DNA of 64,000 nt, taken from assembly GCA_964468475.1 (NCBI GenBank), contig CAYXUL010000001.1, forward strand, positions 150,439 to 214,438, written 5' to 3'. A program made the translations under genes and the position numbers. The notes beneath the pieces were generated by a model, which saw only the letters and a program-made list of their open reading frames with translations, was not told the origin of the DNA and searched no databases. The DNA comes from an uncultured Ignavibacteria bacterium (GTDB lineage: Bacteria > Zixibacteria > MSB-5A5 > CAIYYT01). This document shows, one piece after another, positions 43,813 to 52,877 of the stretch. The stretch's first letter is position 1; each line of letters starts with the position of its first letter.

Positions 43813-44247
43813 GTGAAAACTTATATCCCGAAGACAGATTCGGTTGAGCGCAATTGGTACGTTGTTGATCTCAAGGACCAGATCCTTGGACGACAGGCGG
43901 CTCGCATTGCCCGAATTCTGATGGGCAAAACCAAGCCGCAGTATACGCCGTTCATGGATGTGGGCGATTTCGTCGTCGTGATCAATGCCGGAAAGGTGCG
44001 TCTGTCGACTCCCAAGAAGGAGTTCGAGAAAGAATACCACTGGCATACGGGTTATCCGGGTGGACTGCGTCAGACGACATTCACCAAAGCCGTTGTGCAA
44101 CGTCCCGAATGGGTCATCCGTCGCGCCGTCTGGGGAATGCTGCCCAAGGGTCGCCTGGGGCGCAAGATGATCAAGAAGCTGAAAATCTACCCGGGCGCCG
44201 AGCATCCGCACGCGGCTCAGAAGCCGGAACCTCTGGTGCTCAAGTAG
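43813..44247 (+). CDS. rplM: 50S ribosomal protein L13
   Basis: GTG start with AGGAG 6 nt upstream. The sequence is KTYIPKTDSVERNWYVVDLKDQILGRQAARIARILMGK. Confidence 0.95.
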   Translation: MKTYIPKTDSVERNWYVVDLKDQILGRQAARIARILMGKTKPQYTPFMDVGDFVVVINAGKVRLSTPKKEFEKEYHWHTGYPGGLRQTTFTKAVVQRPEWVIRRAVWGMLPKGRLGRKMIKKLKIYPGAEHPHAAQKPEPLVLK

Positions 44248-44295
44248 AGATCTATGCTGATGATGAATTCAGGCTTTGACTTATAAAGGAGTCGA

Positions 44296-44688
44296 ATGGC
44301 TACCGAAGAAATCCATGCCACCGGCCGTCGCAAAGATGCTGTTGCCAGCCTCTGGATCAGCGCCGGTACAGGCAAAATTGAAGTAAACGGAAAAGAACTT
44401 CTCCCCTATCTCACGCGTGAATCGCTGGTGACTCATGCCACCGAGCCGTTTCGGACCGTAGAGATGGAGGGTCGTCTCGATGTGCGAATTCGTGCCCGTG
44501 GCGGTGGTTTGTCGGGACAGGCAGGCGCAATCAGGCACGCCCTGGCGCGCGCGCTGGCGAAGTTTGATCCGGAATTTCGTAAACCGCTTAAGGCCGCCGG
44601 AATGTTGACCCGCGATGCGCGCATGGTTGAGCGCAAAAAGTATGGTCAGGTGAAAGCGCGCAAGCGGTTCCAGTTCTCGAAACGTTAG
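44296..44688 (+). CDS. rpsI: 30S ribosomal protein S9
   Basis: ATGRRKDAVASLWISAGTGKIEVNG...GGGLSGQAGAIRHALARAL...KKYGQVKARKRFQFSKR. Confidence 0.95.
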   Translation: MATEEIHATGRRKDAVASLWISAGTGKIEVNGKELLPYLTRESLVTHATEPFRTVEMEGRLDVRIRARGGGLSGQAGAIRHALARALAKFDPEFRKPLKAAGMLTRDARMVERKKYGQVKARKRFQFSKR

Positions 44689-44914
44689 TATTGAGTTCAA
44701 TCTGCAGACGGCTATCGGCGGCGGTTTCGGGAATTAATCCTGATTCCAGCTGTCAATAGCAGGTTTGCGGTTGCTATAGAAACAACGACACACGCTCGGG
44801 GATTCGCCCGGGTGGTCTGAAGCTGACGGATCCAGCATGTTCTCGTCAGCATCAGTCCCGGTCCAACGCGAAAGTGATCCGAGCGGAGGTTTAACCGAAT
44901 TTCAGGAGTTCTGC

Positions 44915-45742
44915 ATGACTGAAGTCACAGTTCGTGACCTTCTCGAAGCTGGCGTCCATTTTGGGCACCAGACCCGCCGCTGGAATCCGAAGATGAAGAA
45001 ATTCATCTTCACCGCCAAAAACGGCATCTACATTATCGATCTCAACAAAACCCTCGATTCGCTCCGCATCGCCTGTCGCAAAGTCAACGAAGTAATCGCG
45101 AAGAATCAGTATGTTCTCTTCGTGGGCACAAAGAAGCAGGCGCAGGAAGTGATCAAAGCCGAAGCGCAGCGCAGCAGCCAATTCTATGTCACCGAACGCT
45201 GGCTGGGCGGGATGCTCACCAATTTCCAGACTATCAAGCGCAATATCAAACGCCTGAAGGATATCGAACGGATGGAGGAGGACGGCACCTTCCAAAAGTT
45301 GTCGAAGAAGGAAATCTCCATGCTCAACCGTGAGCACGAGAAGCTTAACAAGGTTCTCGGCGGAATCCGTGAGATGAATCGCCTCCCCGGGCTGGTTTTT
45401 GTCGTTGATTGTAAGAAAGAGAAGATCGCGGTGGCAGAAGCGCGTAAACTGGGAATACCGATTATTGGCATTATCGATACCAACTCGGATCCTGATCCCA
45501 TCGACTTCCCTATCGCCGGCAACGACGATGCGATTAAGTCGATTAAGGTCATCACCAAGCGCGTATCAGACGCTGTTCTTGAGGCTCAGCAACGTCTTGC
45601 GGATGAAACCGAGCAAGCGATGCTCGAGGCTGCAAACGGTGACAAGAAGGCCGCCGAAGCAGGTGGTGGTGCGGAGGGCGCTGCAACAGCCAGGCCGGCA
45701 GCGGCAGCTCAGACCAATGAGAGTGCTAAGGAAGGAAAGTAG
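44915..45742 (+). CDS. rpsB: 30S ribosomal protein S2
   Basis: [32 protein letters not shown] is the canonical S2 N-terminus. The ATG at 44915 follows CAGGAG. The track ORF begins earlier, at 44837. Confidence 0.95.
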   Translation: MTEVTVRDLLEAGVHFGHQTRRWNPKMKKFIFTAKNGIYIIDLNKTLDSLRIACRKVNEVIAKNQYVLFVGTKKQAQEVIKAEAQRSSQFYVTERWLGGMLTNFQTIKRNIKRLKDIERMEEDGTFQKLSKKEISMLNREHEKLNKVLGGIREMNRLPGLVFVVDCKKEKIAVAEARKLGIPIIGIIDTNSDPDPIDFPIAGNDDAIKSIKVITKRVSDAVLEAQQRLADETEQAMLEAANGDKKAAEAGGGAEGAATARPAAAAQTNESAKEGK

Positions 45743-45748
45743 ATAGAG

Positions 45749-46342
45749 ATGGCTATTACAGCAACCCAGGTTAAACAACTGCGCGAAAGCTCCGGCGCCG
45801 GCATGATGGAATGCAAGAAAGCGCTGGTTGAAGCTGATGGCGATATGGAAAAGGCGATCACGATTCTGCGTGAGCGCGGGATCAGTAAGGCCGCCAAGAA
45901 ATCAGAACGTGAAACCAAAGAGGGCATCATCGGCACTTATGTTCATCCCGGTGACAAGCTGGCGGTGATGGTGGAGGTTAACTGCGAGACCGATTTTGTC
46001 GCCCGTACCGATGACTTCCGCGAGATGGTACGAAATCTCGCCATGCATATCGCGGCTTCGAATCCGCTGGTCGTCGATCGCGACCAGGTCGATAACAACA
46101 TGCTGGATAAAGAACGCGAAGTTTATCGCCACCAAGCGCTCAACGAGGGCAAGCCCGAAAAGATAATCGACAAGATCGTTGAGGGCAAAATCGAGAAATA
46201 CTATTCGGAGATTGTCCTGCTGGAACAGCAGTACGTCAAAGACCCCGACATGACTATTAAGGACTTTATAACGAATGCGATAGCCAAGCTGGGGGAGAAC
46301 ATATCGGTGGGTCGCTTCGTCAGATACCGCTTAGGGGAGTAA
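45749..46342 (+). CDS. tsf: Elongation factor Ts (short form)
   Basis: ITATQVKQLRESSGAGMMECKKALVEADGDMEKAITILRERG. Confidence 0.95.
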   Translation: MAITATQVKQLRESSGAGMMECKKALVEADGDMEKAITILRERGISKAAKKSERETKEGIIGTYVHPGDKLAVMVEVNCETDFVARTDDFREMVRNLAMHIAASNPLVVDRDQVDNNMLDKEREVYRHQALNEGKPEKIIDKIVEGKIEKYYSEIVLLEQQYVKDPDMTIKDFITNAIAKLGENISVGRFVRYRLGE

Positions 46343-46343
46343 A

Positions 46344-47063
46344 ATGGCGGACGAACCGGCCTATAGAAGAATCCTGCTCAAACTTTCGGGCGAGCAACTC
46401 GCCGGAGAGCAGGGATTCGGGATCGACCCGAAACAGCTTGAGTTCGTCACCCGGGAAGTCAAAGCGGTCAAGGAAAAGGGAGTGGAAATTGGTATTGTAG
46501 TCGGCGGCGGGAATATCCATCGTGGTATCCAGGGTATCGAAATGGGAATCTCCCGCGCTACCGGCGATTACATGGGGATGCTGGCGACAGTCATCAATGC
46601 GATGGCGCTACAATCTACCATGGAAAATAATGGCTTATTCACCCGCGTCTTGAGCGCTATCCGCATCGAGGCGGTTGCGGAATCTTATATTCGACGGCGC
46701 GCGATTCGGCATATGGAGAAGGGTCGCATCGTCATTATGGCGGCCGGCACCGGTAACCCCTATTTCACCACCGACACGGCAGCGGTGCTTCGCGGAGTGG
46801 AAACCGAAGTAGATGTCGTGCTTAAAGCTACCAAGGTCGAAGGCATTTTCGATGATGATCCGGTAAAGAACTCTCACGCCAAGAGGTTTGACCGGCTCAC
46901 CTACGAAGAGGCTCTGACGCGTCACCTGCGCGTGATGGACGGGACGGCGTTCACGTTGTTGGAAGAGAACGAACTGCCACTGGTCGTTTTTAAGTTGACC
47001 GAGCCGGGCAATCTGCTTAAAGTCGTCATGGGCGAAGACGTAGGCACGAAAGTTACCCATTAG
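46344..47063 (+). CDS. pyrH: UMP kinase
   Basis: YRRILLKLSGEQLAGEQGFGID...IVVGGGNIHRG...MAAGTGNPYFTTDTAAVLRG. Confidence 0.95.
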   Translation: MADEPAYRRILLKLSGEQLAGEQGFGIDPKQLEFVTREVKAVKEKGVEIGIVVGGGNIHRGIQGIEMGISRATGDYMGMLATVINAMALQSTMENNGLFTRVLSAIRIEAVAESYIRRRAIRHMEKGRIVIMAAGTGNPYFTTDTAAVLRGVETEVDVVLKATKVEGIFDDDPVKNSHAKRFDRLTYEEALTRHLRVMDGTAFTLLEENELPLVVFKLTEPGNLLKVVMGEDVGTKVTH

Positions 47064-47103
47064 ATTTTCCAGTTGACCACGTAACAGAGCGGGAGGAGTT
47101 GCA

Positions 47104-47661
47104 ATGCTGAAGGAGCTAACGGCTGATGCTGACAGCAAAATGAGCAAGACCGTCACAAACTTGAAGCAGCATTTCGGAACAGTTCGCTCCGGCAAGGCGA
47201 ATATCCACATGCTCGATGACATCAGTGTCGACTACTACGGAACCGAAACGCCGCTGAATCAGGTCTCGACCATCTCCACGCCCGAGCCGCAGCTAATCGT
47301 GATTCAGCCGTGGGAAAAGCAGACGGTTGGCGAAATAGTTAAGGCGATTCAAAAATCAAATCTTGGATTCAATCCGCTGTCGGATGGTCAGGTAGTGCGC
47401 GTTCCCGTACCCGCGCTCAGTGAGGAGCGGCGCCGGGAGATGGTGAAACTGGTCAGTAAGATGGCTGAGGAAGCCCGCGTCGCCATCCGCAACATCCGTC
47501 GTGACATGATTGACCAGTTGCGCAAGGGTGAGAAGGACGGCGACCTCTCCGAGGATGGGCGCCGCAACGGCGAAATCGATGCTCAGGAGTTGACCGACAA
47601 GTACATCGCCGAGATCGACAAAGTCAGCAAGGCCAAAGAAGAAGAGGTGATGGAGGTCTGA
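47104..47661 (+). CDS. frr: Ribosome recycling factor
   Basis: MSKTVTNLKQHFGTVRSGKANIHMLDDISVDYYGTETPLNQV...RNIRRD. Confidence 0.95.
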   Translation: MLKELTADADSKMSKTVTNLKQHFGTVRSGKANIHMLDDISVDYYGTETPLNQVSTISTPEPQLIVIQPWEKQTVGEIVKAIQKSNLGFNPLSDGQVVRVPVPALSEERRREMVKLVSKMAEEARVAIRNIRRDMIDQLRKGEKDGDLSEDGRRNGEIDAQELTDKYIAEIDKVSKAKEEEVMEV

Positions 47662-47729
47662 CCCCATCACAACTCACCGATATCGAATCTCTCCGCGCCA
47701 GAATCGCACAGGAGAAACTCCCCAGACAT

Positions 47730-48410
47730 GTGGCCATCATCATGGACGGCAACGGGCGCTGGGCAAAGAAACGGGGCCTGAAGCGCTCTGACGGCCATAA
47801 GGCAGGTGTCAAGGCAGCGCGCGGCGTCGTGGAAGCCTGCGGCAAGCTTGATATCGCCTGCCTGACCCTTTATACATTCAGCGTCGAAAACTGGAATCGC
47901 CCGCGCGCCGAAGTGAATTTCCTCTTCAAACTGCTTACCGACACGGCTCGCTCGGAACTGAAAGATCTGATCGCGAATAACGTGCGCCTGATCGTCACCG
48001 GCCAAATAGAAAAACTCCCCTACTCCCGCCGCAAGGCAATTGAACAGGCAATCAAGAAGACTTCTACCAATACCGGGTTGGTCCTGAACCTGGCGCTTAA
48101 TTATGGTGGACGTACCGAGATTCTCGAAGCCGTCAAGAAGATCGCGCACGATTACAAACTCGGAAAGATTCGGCTCAAGGATGTTAATGAGGATCTTTTC
48201 TCAACCTACCTTTTCACTCATCCTCTGCCTGATCCGGATTTACTGATCAGAACCTCCGGTGAACAGCGCCTCTCTAATTTCCTGCTGTGGCAAACATCAT
48301 ATACGGAGCTCTATATTACGTCAGTGCTCTGGCCTGACTTCAATGAAAGAGAGTTCCTGCAAGCGATCCTGGATTATCAGAAACGCGAACGGCGGTTCGG
48401 GAAGCTGTAG
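47730..48410 (+). CDS. uppS: Undecaprenyl-diphosphate synthase (start codon uncertain)
   Basis: AIIMDGNGRWAKKRGLKRSDGHKAG...YTFSVENWNRP...LIRTSGEQRLSNFLLWQTSYTELY. The frame is open back to the frr stop but has no ATG/GTG/TTG before GTG 47730. Confidence 0.9.
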   Translation: MAIIMDGNGRWAKKRGLKRSDGHKAGVKAARGVVEACGKLDIACLTLYTFSVENWNRPRAEVNFLFKLLTDTARSELKDLIANNVRLIVTGQIEKLPYSRRKAIEQAIKKTSTNTGLVLNLALNYGGRTEILEAVKKIAHDYKLGKIRLKDVNEDLFSTYLFTHPLPDPDLLIRTSGEQRLSNFLLWQTSYTELYITSVLWPDFNEREFLQAILDYQKRERRFGKL

Positions 48411-48426
48411 AGGATAGATAGTAGCG

Positions 48427-49254
48427 ATGGCTCTAATCTCCCGAAATCTAACCTTGAGGATACTGGTGGCGGTCATCTTCGGGCCGCTGCTGCTTTATAC
48501 CTGTTATTTGGGTGGAGTTGCGCTCCTCATCCTGGTAGAGCTATTGCTGCTCTTGTCCCTCTGGGAATTCTTTAACCTGACAAAGATCAGGGTTTACCTC
48601 CCGCAGAAATTGCTCCTCATACTGGTCGCACTCTTCATCCCCTATTCAATTCAGCAGCTCGGTGGGGAATATTTGATGGAAGCAATCGTCGCAGCGGTGA
48701 TGATAGCAACCTTGCCTCACACCTTCGTCAGCGAAGTAGGTGACATCGGTCGCTCAATGGCAATGGGGCTGCTTGCAACCCTATATCTGACAGTGGGCTT
48801 CGCCAGCATGATTCTGATTGACGACAGAGGAATAATCGTTGGCTCTCCTGCCGGAAACTGGCTCATTTTCTTGTTTGCCACCCTTTGGATTGCTGATACT
48901 GCTGCATACTTCTTCGGCTGGAAATTCGGTAAGACCAAGTTGTCGCCTGCCATCAGCCCGAACAAAACCATAATCGGATTCATCGGTGGCTTTGTCGGGG
49001 CTCTTCTCTCAGCGCTGATATTCAATTTTGTATTTCTCAGCGAAGCCGGTTTTCTCATCTTAATCGGTCCAGCATTCGCCATCGCTCTTTTTGGTCAACT
49101 GGGGGACCTTGTCGAATCAATCTTCAAACGTGAAATGGGCGTCAAGGACTCGTCGAATATCATCCCCGGGCACGGTGGCATTCTTGACCGGTTCGATTCA
49201 TTGGTATTTGCGGCACCGGCATTGTATCTGTATCTCAAATGGTTCTTTCAGTAA
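48427..49254 (+). CDS. cdsA: Phosphatidate cytidylyltransferase
   Basis: A polytopic membrane protein with the C-terminal signature SIFKREMGVKDSSNIIPGHGGILDRFDS. Confidence 0.9.
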   Translation: MALISRNLTLRILVAVIFGPLLLYTCYLGGVALLILVELLLLLSLWEFFNLTKIRVYLPQKLLLILVALFIPYSIQQLGGEYLMEAIVAAVMIATLPHTFVSEVGDIGRSMAMGLLATLYLTVGFASMILIDDRGIIVGSPAGNWLIFLFATLWIADTAAYFFGWKFGKTKLSPAISPNKTIIGFIGGFVGALLSALIFNFVFLSEAGFLILIGPAFAIALFGQLGDLVESIFKREMGVKDSSNIIPGHGGILDRFDSLVFAAPALYLYLKWFFQ

Positions 49255-49348
49255 GATCCTCTGTCTCCCGTTTACTCAGAATCGCCATGTTTTTGTTGAA
49301 ACCCGGAAAAGCTGACACCATACTACTTGGAGAGAACACGATCAGATC

Positions 49349-50314
49349 ATGAAGAAACTATTCGACTACATTTTCCTGATGCGCCCAATGCTGATTGTGC
49401 CGGTTTGGACAATTGCGCTTCTGGGCACGCGGGCGGCATCGTGGCGTGAACGCGGCCTGACGCCGTTCAAACTCGACCACTACCCCTTCGCCACCTTTCA
49501 ATCGCTCGATGCCAACCTGCTGCTGATGTTGCTGTTCGGCACCCTGCTGGCGGGAGCGATATTTATCCTTAATCAGATTTATGACATCGAATCGGACCGG
49601 CAGAATGAGAAGCTGTTCCTGCTGGCTGACGGCCACGTTAGTGTTTCCGAAGCCCGAGTCTTGTATTGGGTGCTGACCGTGATCGCAATAGCCGGAGCCT
49701 TCTGGCTGAATTGGCAGTTGGGTATTCTCTTCATTGTCGGCGCCGGCCTGGGATTTCAGTACTCCTTCCCACCGCTCAAGGTGCGCGAGAATGCCTACAA
49801 GGCTTTCCGGAATAACATCGTCGGCCACGGCATGGTGGCTTTCCTGTTCGGCTGGGTGATCTACACAAACTTCAGTCTTGAGGGCGTCCTTAAGTCTCTG
49901 CCTTATGTCTTCGCGGTGGGCGCGGTCTATTTGACAACGACCCTGCCAGACATCAAGGGTGATGTTGACACCGGCAAGAAGACTTATGCCGCCGAGTGGG
50001 GAATCACCAGGACTATCAAAAACGCTGCCTGGATGGTAGTAGTGGCGCTGATTCTGTCGGTAATGGCCGGTGACTATGGATTCACCATTACCGCGGGAAT
50101 CACTGCCCCCGTTCTTATCGCTGCCGCACTCCGCAATTCGGTAGACCTTGCGCTCATTGCCAGCAAGATCGCCATCCTGGTATTGTCGTTGTTTGCAGCC
50201 ATGTACTTTCCGATTTATTTCGTCATCCTGATTGTGACATATGCAGCAACACGTCTCTACTATGCGAAGAGATTCGGCTTGGCCTACCCTGCCTTTTCGG
50301 GGCACAACAAGTGA
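49349..50314 (+). CDS. UbiA-superfamily prenyltransferase (substrate unknown)
   Basis: The protein has 8-9 TM helices. The first Asp-rich motif is NQIYDIESDRQN (NxxxDxxxD). The second is LPDIKGDVDTGKKT. Confidence 0.8.
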   Translation: MKKLFDYIFLMRPMLIVPVWTIALLGTRAASWRERGLTPFKLDHYPFATFQSLDANLLLMLLFGTLLAGAIFILNQIYDIESDRQNEKLFLLADGHVSVSEARVLYWVLTVIAIAGAFWLNWQLGILFIVGAGLGFQYSFPPLKVRENAYKAFRNNIVGHGMVAFLFGWVIYTNFSLEGVLKSLPYVFAVGAVYLTTTLPDIKGDVDTGKKTYAAEWGITRTIKNAAWMVVVALILSVMAGDYGFTITAGITAPVLIAAALRNSVDLALIASKIAILVLSLFAAMYFPIYFVILIVTYAATRLYYAKRFGLAYPAFSGHNK

Positions 50315-50904
50315 TCGCGCGGGCGGGCATAGTCGGCCTGCTTTTGCTGCTGTTGATTTCGTGCACGGCCGCGGTGCGCTACAGCAATAACCCCGATAAT
50401 CAAAACCGCCCGAAGAAACATGAGCGCGAGCGGCAAGCCGCTACCGAAACAACCACTGCTACTGGTGCCTCAGATACTCAGCAGGACCAGCAGGGCGATG
50501 GCGAATTTCGGCTGCCACACGAGCAAAAGTCCCAACTCGATCGCACGCGCATGAACCGCATTATCGCCAATTACCTTGGCACCCCCTATGAATATGGCGG
50601 CACCGGCAAGATGGGAATCGACTGCTCCGGCCTGATGTATGTTCTCTATCGAGACTACAACGGCACCCGCTTGCCCCTCTCTACGGAGGCGCTTTTCAGG
50701 CTCGACGGCCGCGTCGAATACGACAACCTCAGCTACGGCGATCTCGTCTTTTTCCGACTTTCGGGGCGCAAGGTTTCTCACGTCGGCATGTATCTAGAAA
50801 ACGGGCGTTTCGTGCACGCTTCCGAATCCCACGGCGTTACGGTCGATGATATCACCACCGAATACTATGCTACTTCCTACGCCGGTGCGCGGCGCATCAG
50901 GTAG
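50311..50904 (+). CDS. NlpC/P60 (C40) peptidoglycan hydrolase lipoprotein
   Basis: The lipobox is LLLLISCTA. Further motifs are GTPYEYGGTGKMGIDCSGLMYVLY (catalytic Cys) and HVGMYLENGRFVHAS. The GTG start overlaps the UbiA stop by 4 nt. Confidence 0.85.
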   Translation: MIARAGIVGLLLLLLISCTAAVRYSNNPDNQNRPKKHERERQAATETTTATGASDTQQDQQGDGEFRLPHEQKSQLDRTRMNRIIANYLGTPYEYGGTGKMGIDCSGLMYVLYRDYNGTRLPLSTEALFRLDGRVEYDNLSYGDLVFFRLSGRKVSHVGMYLENGRFVHASESHGVTVDDITTEYYATSYAGARRIR

Positions 50905-50964
50905 GCCCGTCGAATTGCCCCACCGCCCTATTTGCGTGACGGTCGCGCGCGTACAATAACTGAG

Positions 50965-52824
50965 ATGAACGACACAAATTCGATTCTGGCGCAGAAACTA
51001 CAGGACCTCCCGACAAAACCCGGTGTCTACCTCATGAAGGATGTAAAGGGGAAGATTATCTACATCGGTAAGGCAAAAAGTCTGCGAAATCGGGTGCGCA
51101 CCTACTTCAGTTCCGCGACGGAACTTCACCCCAAAGTCGCGGCCTTAAAGAGCAAAATCGCTGATTTTGAATTGATGGTTACGGACAACGAAATTGAGGC
51201 GCTGATCCTCGAGGCGAATCTTGTCAAGAAACATCGCCCCCGTTACAATGTGAATCTAAAGGATGATAAACGCTTCCCTTATCTCAAACTGACTCAGGAC
51301 GATGACTTCCCGCGCTTGATCGTCACCCGCCGTAACGATCGCCCCGATGGTATCTATTTCGGGCCTTTTGCGAATGCCGGTGCAATGCGCGAGATGCATC
51401 GAATGATCTCGCGGCTGTTCAAACTGCGTGACTGCAAGCTGAAGATCCCTCACCCCAAGGGCGACGGTCATTACAAAGTCTGCTTGCAGTATCACATTAA
51501 GCGTTGCGACGGCCCCTGCGAGGGACTGGTCGAAAAGGAAATTTACGACCAGGAAGTTGAGAAAGTGCTCAAGCTCTTGCAGGGTAAGACAGCCAGCTTA
51601 ATCGAGCAGCTCGAGACTGAGATGCAGGAGCTGGCTGAACGTCAAGAGTACGAAGAAGCAGCACGAGTACGTGACCAAATCGTTGCGATCAAGTCGGTAA
51701 TGCAGAAGCAGAAAGTCTCAAACGTCGAAGGCGGAGACCGCGATATTATCGCCTTCGCGCGCGCGGGTGATGATTGCTCAGCAGTGGTGCTGCAGTTGCG
51801 GGAGGGCTTACTCATCGGCAGGCAGAACTATCACCTGCGGTCCGGTAAGGGCGACGGTGAATCCGAAATCGCCGAGCAGTTCTTCAAGCAGTATTATGTC
51901 GGTGCCGCGCAAATCCCGGAAGAAATTTACAGCTCCTACAAGCCGGAGGATGAAGCCCTGATCCGTTCCTGGTTGGCTGACAAGCGCAGAGGGCGCGTTG
52001 AATTGAAGTTCCCGCAAATCGGCGAGAAGGCGCGCATTGTGGAGATGGCAGAAGCCAACGCCCGCCTGCTCCTCGGAGAGCTGGTACGCCAAAAGCAGGA
52101 GCGCTCCTCCCAACTGCCGCATGCCGTGTCATCGCTGCAGCGTGACTTGTACCTGAAGAAACCACCGGTGGAAATTTGTGCGTTCGATATCTCCAACTTG
52201 GGACAGACTGACCCGGTAGGTTCGATGGTCTACTTCCGCAACGGCAAGCCGCTAAAATCAAACTACCGCCATTTCAAGATTAAGACCGTGGGTGGACAGG
52301 ATGACTTCGCCATGATGCGCGAAATTGTTTCACGCTACTTCACCCATGTGCTGGAGGGTGACGCTGACTCTCCCGATCTCTGCCTGATTGACGGTGGTCG
52401 CGGACAGCTCAACGCAGCCCTGGCGGCACTCGACGAACTTGGTGTCGATGACCAACAGATTTGCGGCCTCGCCAAACGATTGGAGGAAGTGGTCTTGCCG
52501 CAAGAGAAGAAGATGCTGACGTTGCCAAAGACATCCGCGTCACTGAAACTGCTGCAGCGCGTTCGTGATGAAGCACACCGATTTGCGATCACCTACCATC
52601 GCAAGTTGCGCGACAAGAAGACTGCCAAGTCGCTTCTCGATTCAATACCGGGAGTAGGCGCCAAGCGCAAGGAGGCGTTGCTGAAGTCATTTCCTTCGAT
52701 TGATGCCATCAGCGAAGCCTCACTGGAAGAGATCAATGCGATCGTCCACAATCAGAAGACAGCCACAGCGATCCGTGAGTTCTTTGATCGCCAGATCGAA
52801 GAAACGACCGTCTCCAAAGACTGA
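50965..52824 (+). CDS. uvrC: Excinuclease ABC subunit C
   Basis: The GIY-YIG region is PGVYLMKDVKGKIIYIGKAKSLRNRVRTYF. A UVR domain (EYEEAARVRDQI) and a C-terminal HhH are also present. The ATG at 50965 is preferred over the track start at 50932. Confidence 0.95.
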   Translation: MNDTNSILAQKLQDLPTKPGVYLMKDVKGKIIYIGKAKSLRNRVRTYFSSATELHPKVAALKSKIADFELMVTDNEIEALILEANLVKKHRPRYNVNLKDDKRFPYLKLTQDDDFPRLIVTRRNDRPDGIYFGPFANAGAMREMHRMISRLFKLRDCKLKIPHPKGDGHYKVCLQYHIKRCDGPCEGLVEKEIYDQEVEKVLKLLQGKTASLIEQLETEMQELAERQEYEEAARVRDQIVAIKSVMQKQKVSNVEGGDRDIIAFARAGDDCSAVVLQLREGLLIGRQNYHLRSGKGDGESEIAEQFFKQYYVGAAQIPEEIYSSYKPEDEALIRSWLADKRRGRVELKFPQIGEKARIVEMAEANARLLLGELVRQKQERSSQLPHAVSSLQRDLYLKKPPVEICAFDISNLGQTDPVGSMVYFRNGKPLKSNYRHFKIKTVGGQDDFAMMREIVSRYFTHVLEGDADSPDLCLIDGGRGQLNAALAALDELGVDDQQICGLAKRLEEVVLPQEKKMLTLPKTSASLKLLQRVRDEAHRFAITYHRKLRDKKTAKSLLDSIPGVGAKRKEALLKSFPSIDAISEASLEEINAIVHNQKTATAIREFFDRQIEETTVSKD

Positions 52825-52877
52825 TTGGTTGAAGCTTACAGCAAAAGGCAGGAATGCCGGGAAGACACCAATAGAAG

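Noticed and set aside
43693-48149. Long minus-strand ORFs (43693..44211, 44281..44700, 44891..45337, 46635..47222, 47667..48149) opposite rplM, rpsI, rpsB, pyrH and uppS.
   Set aside because: They lie opposite unmistakable, highly conserved housekeeping genes. They are typical GC-driven shadow frames.
49358-50305. A 315-aa ORF on the minus strand spanning almost exactly the UbiA gene.
   Set aside because: It is an antisense shadow ORF. The plus-strand frame has UbiA Asp-rich motifs and clean TM helices, while the minus-frame translation is Arg/Gly/Gln-rich with no recognisable motif.
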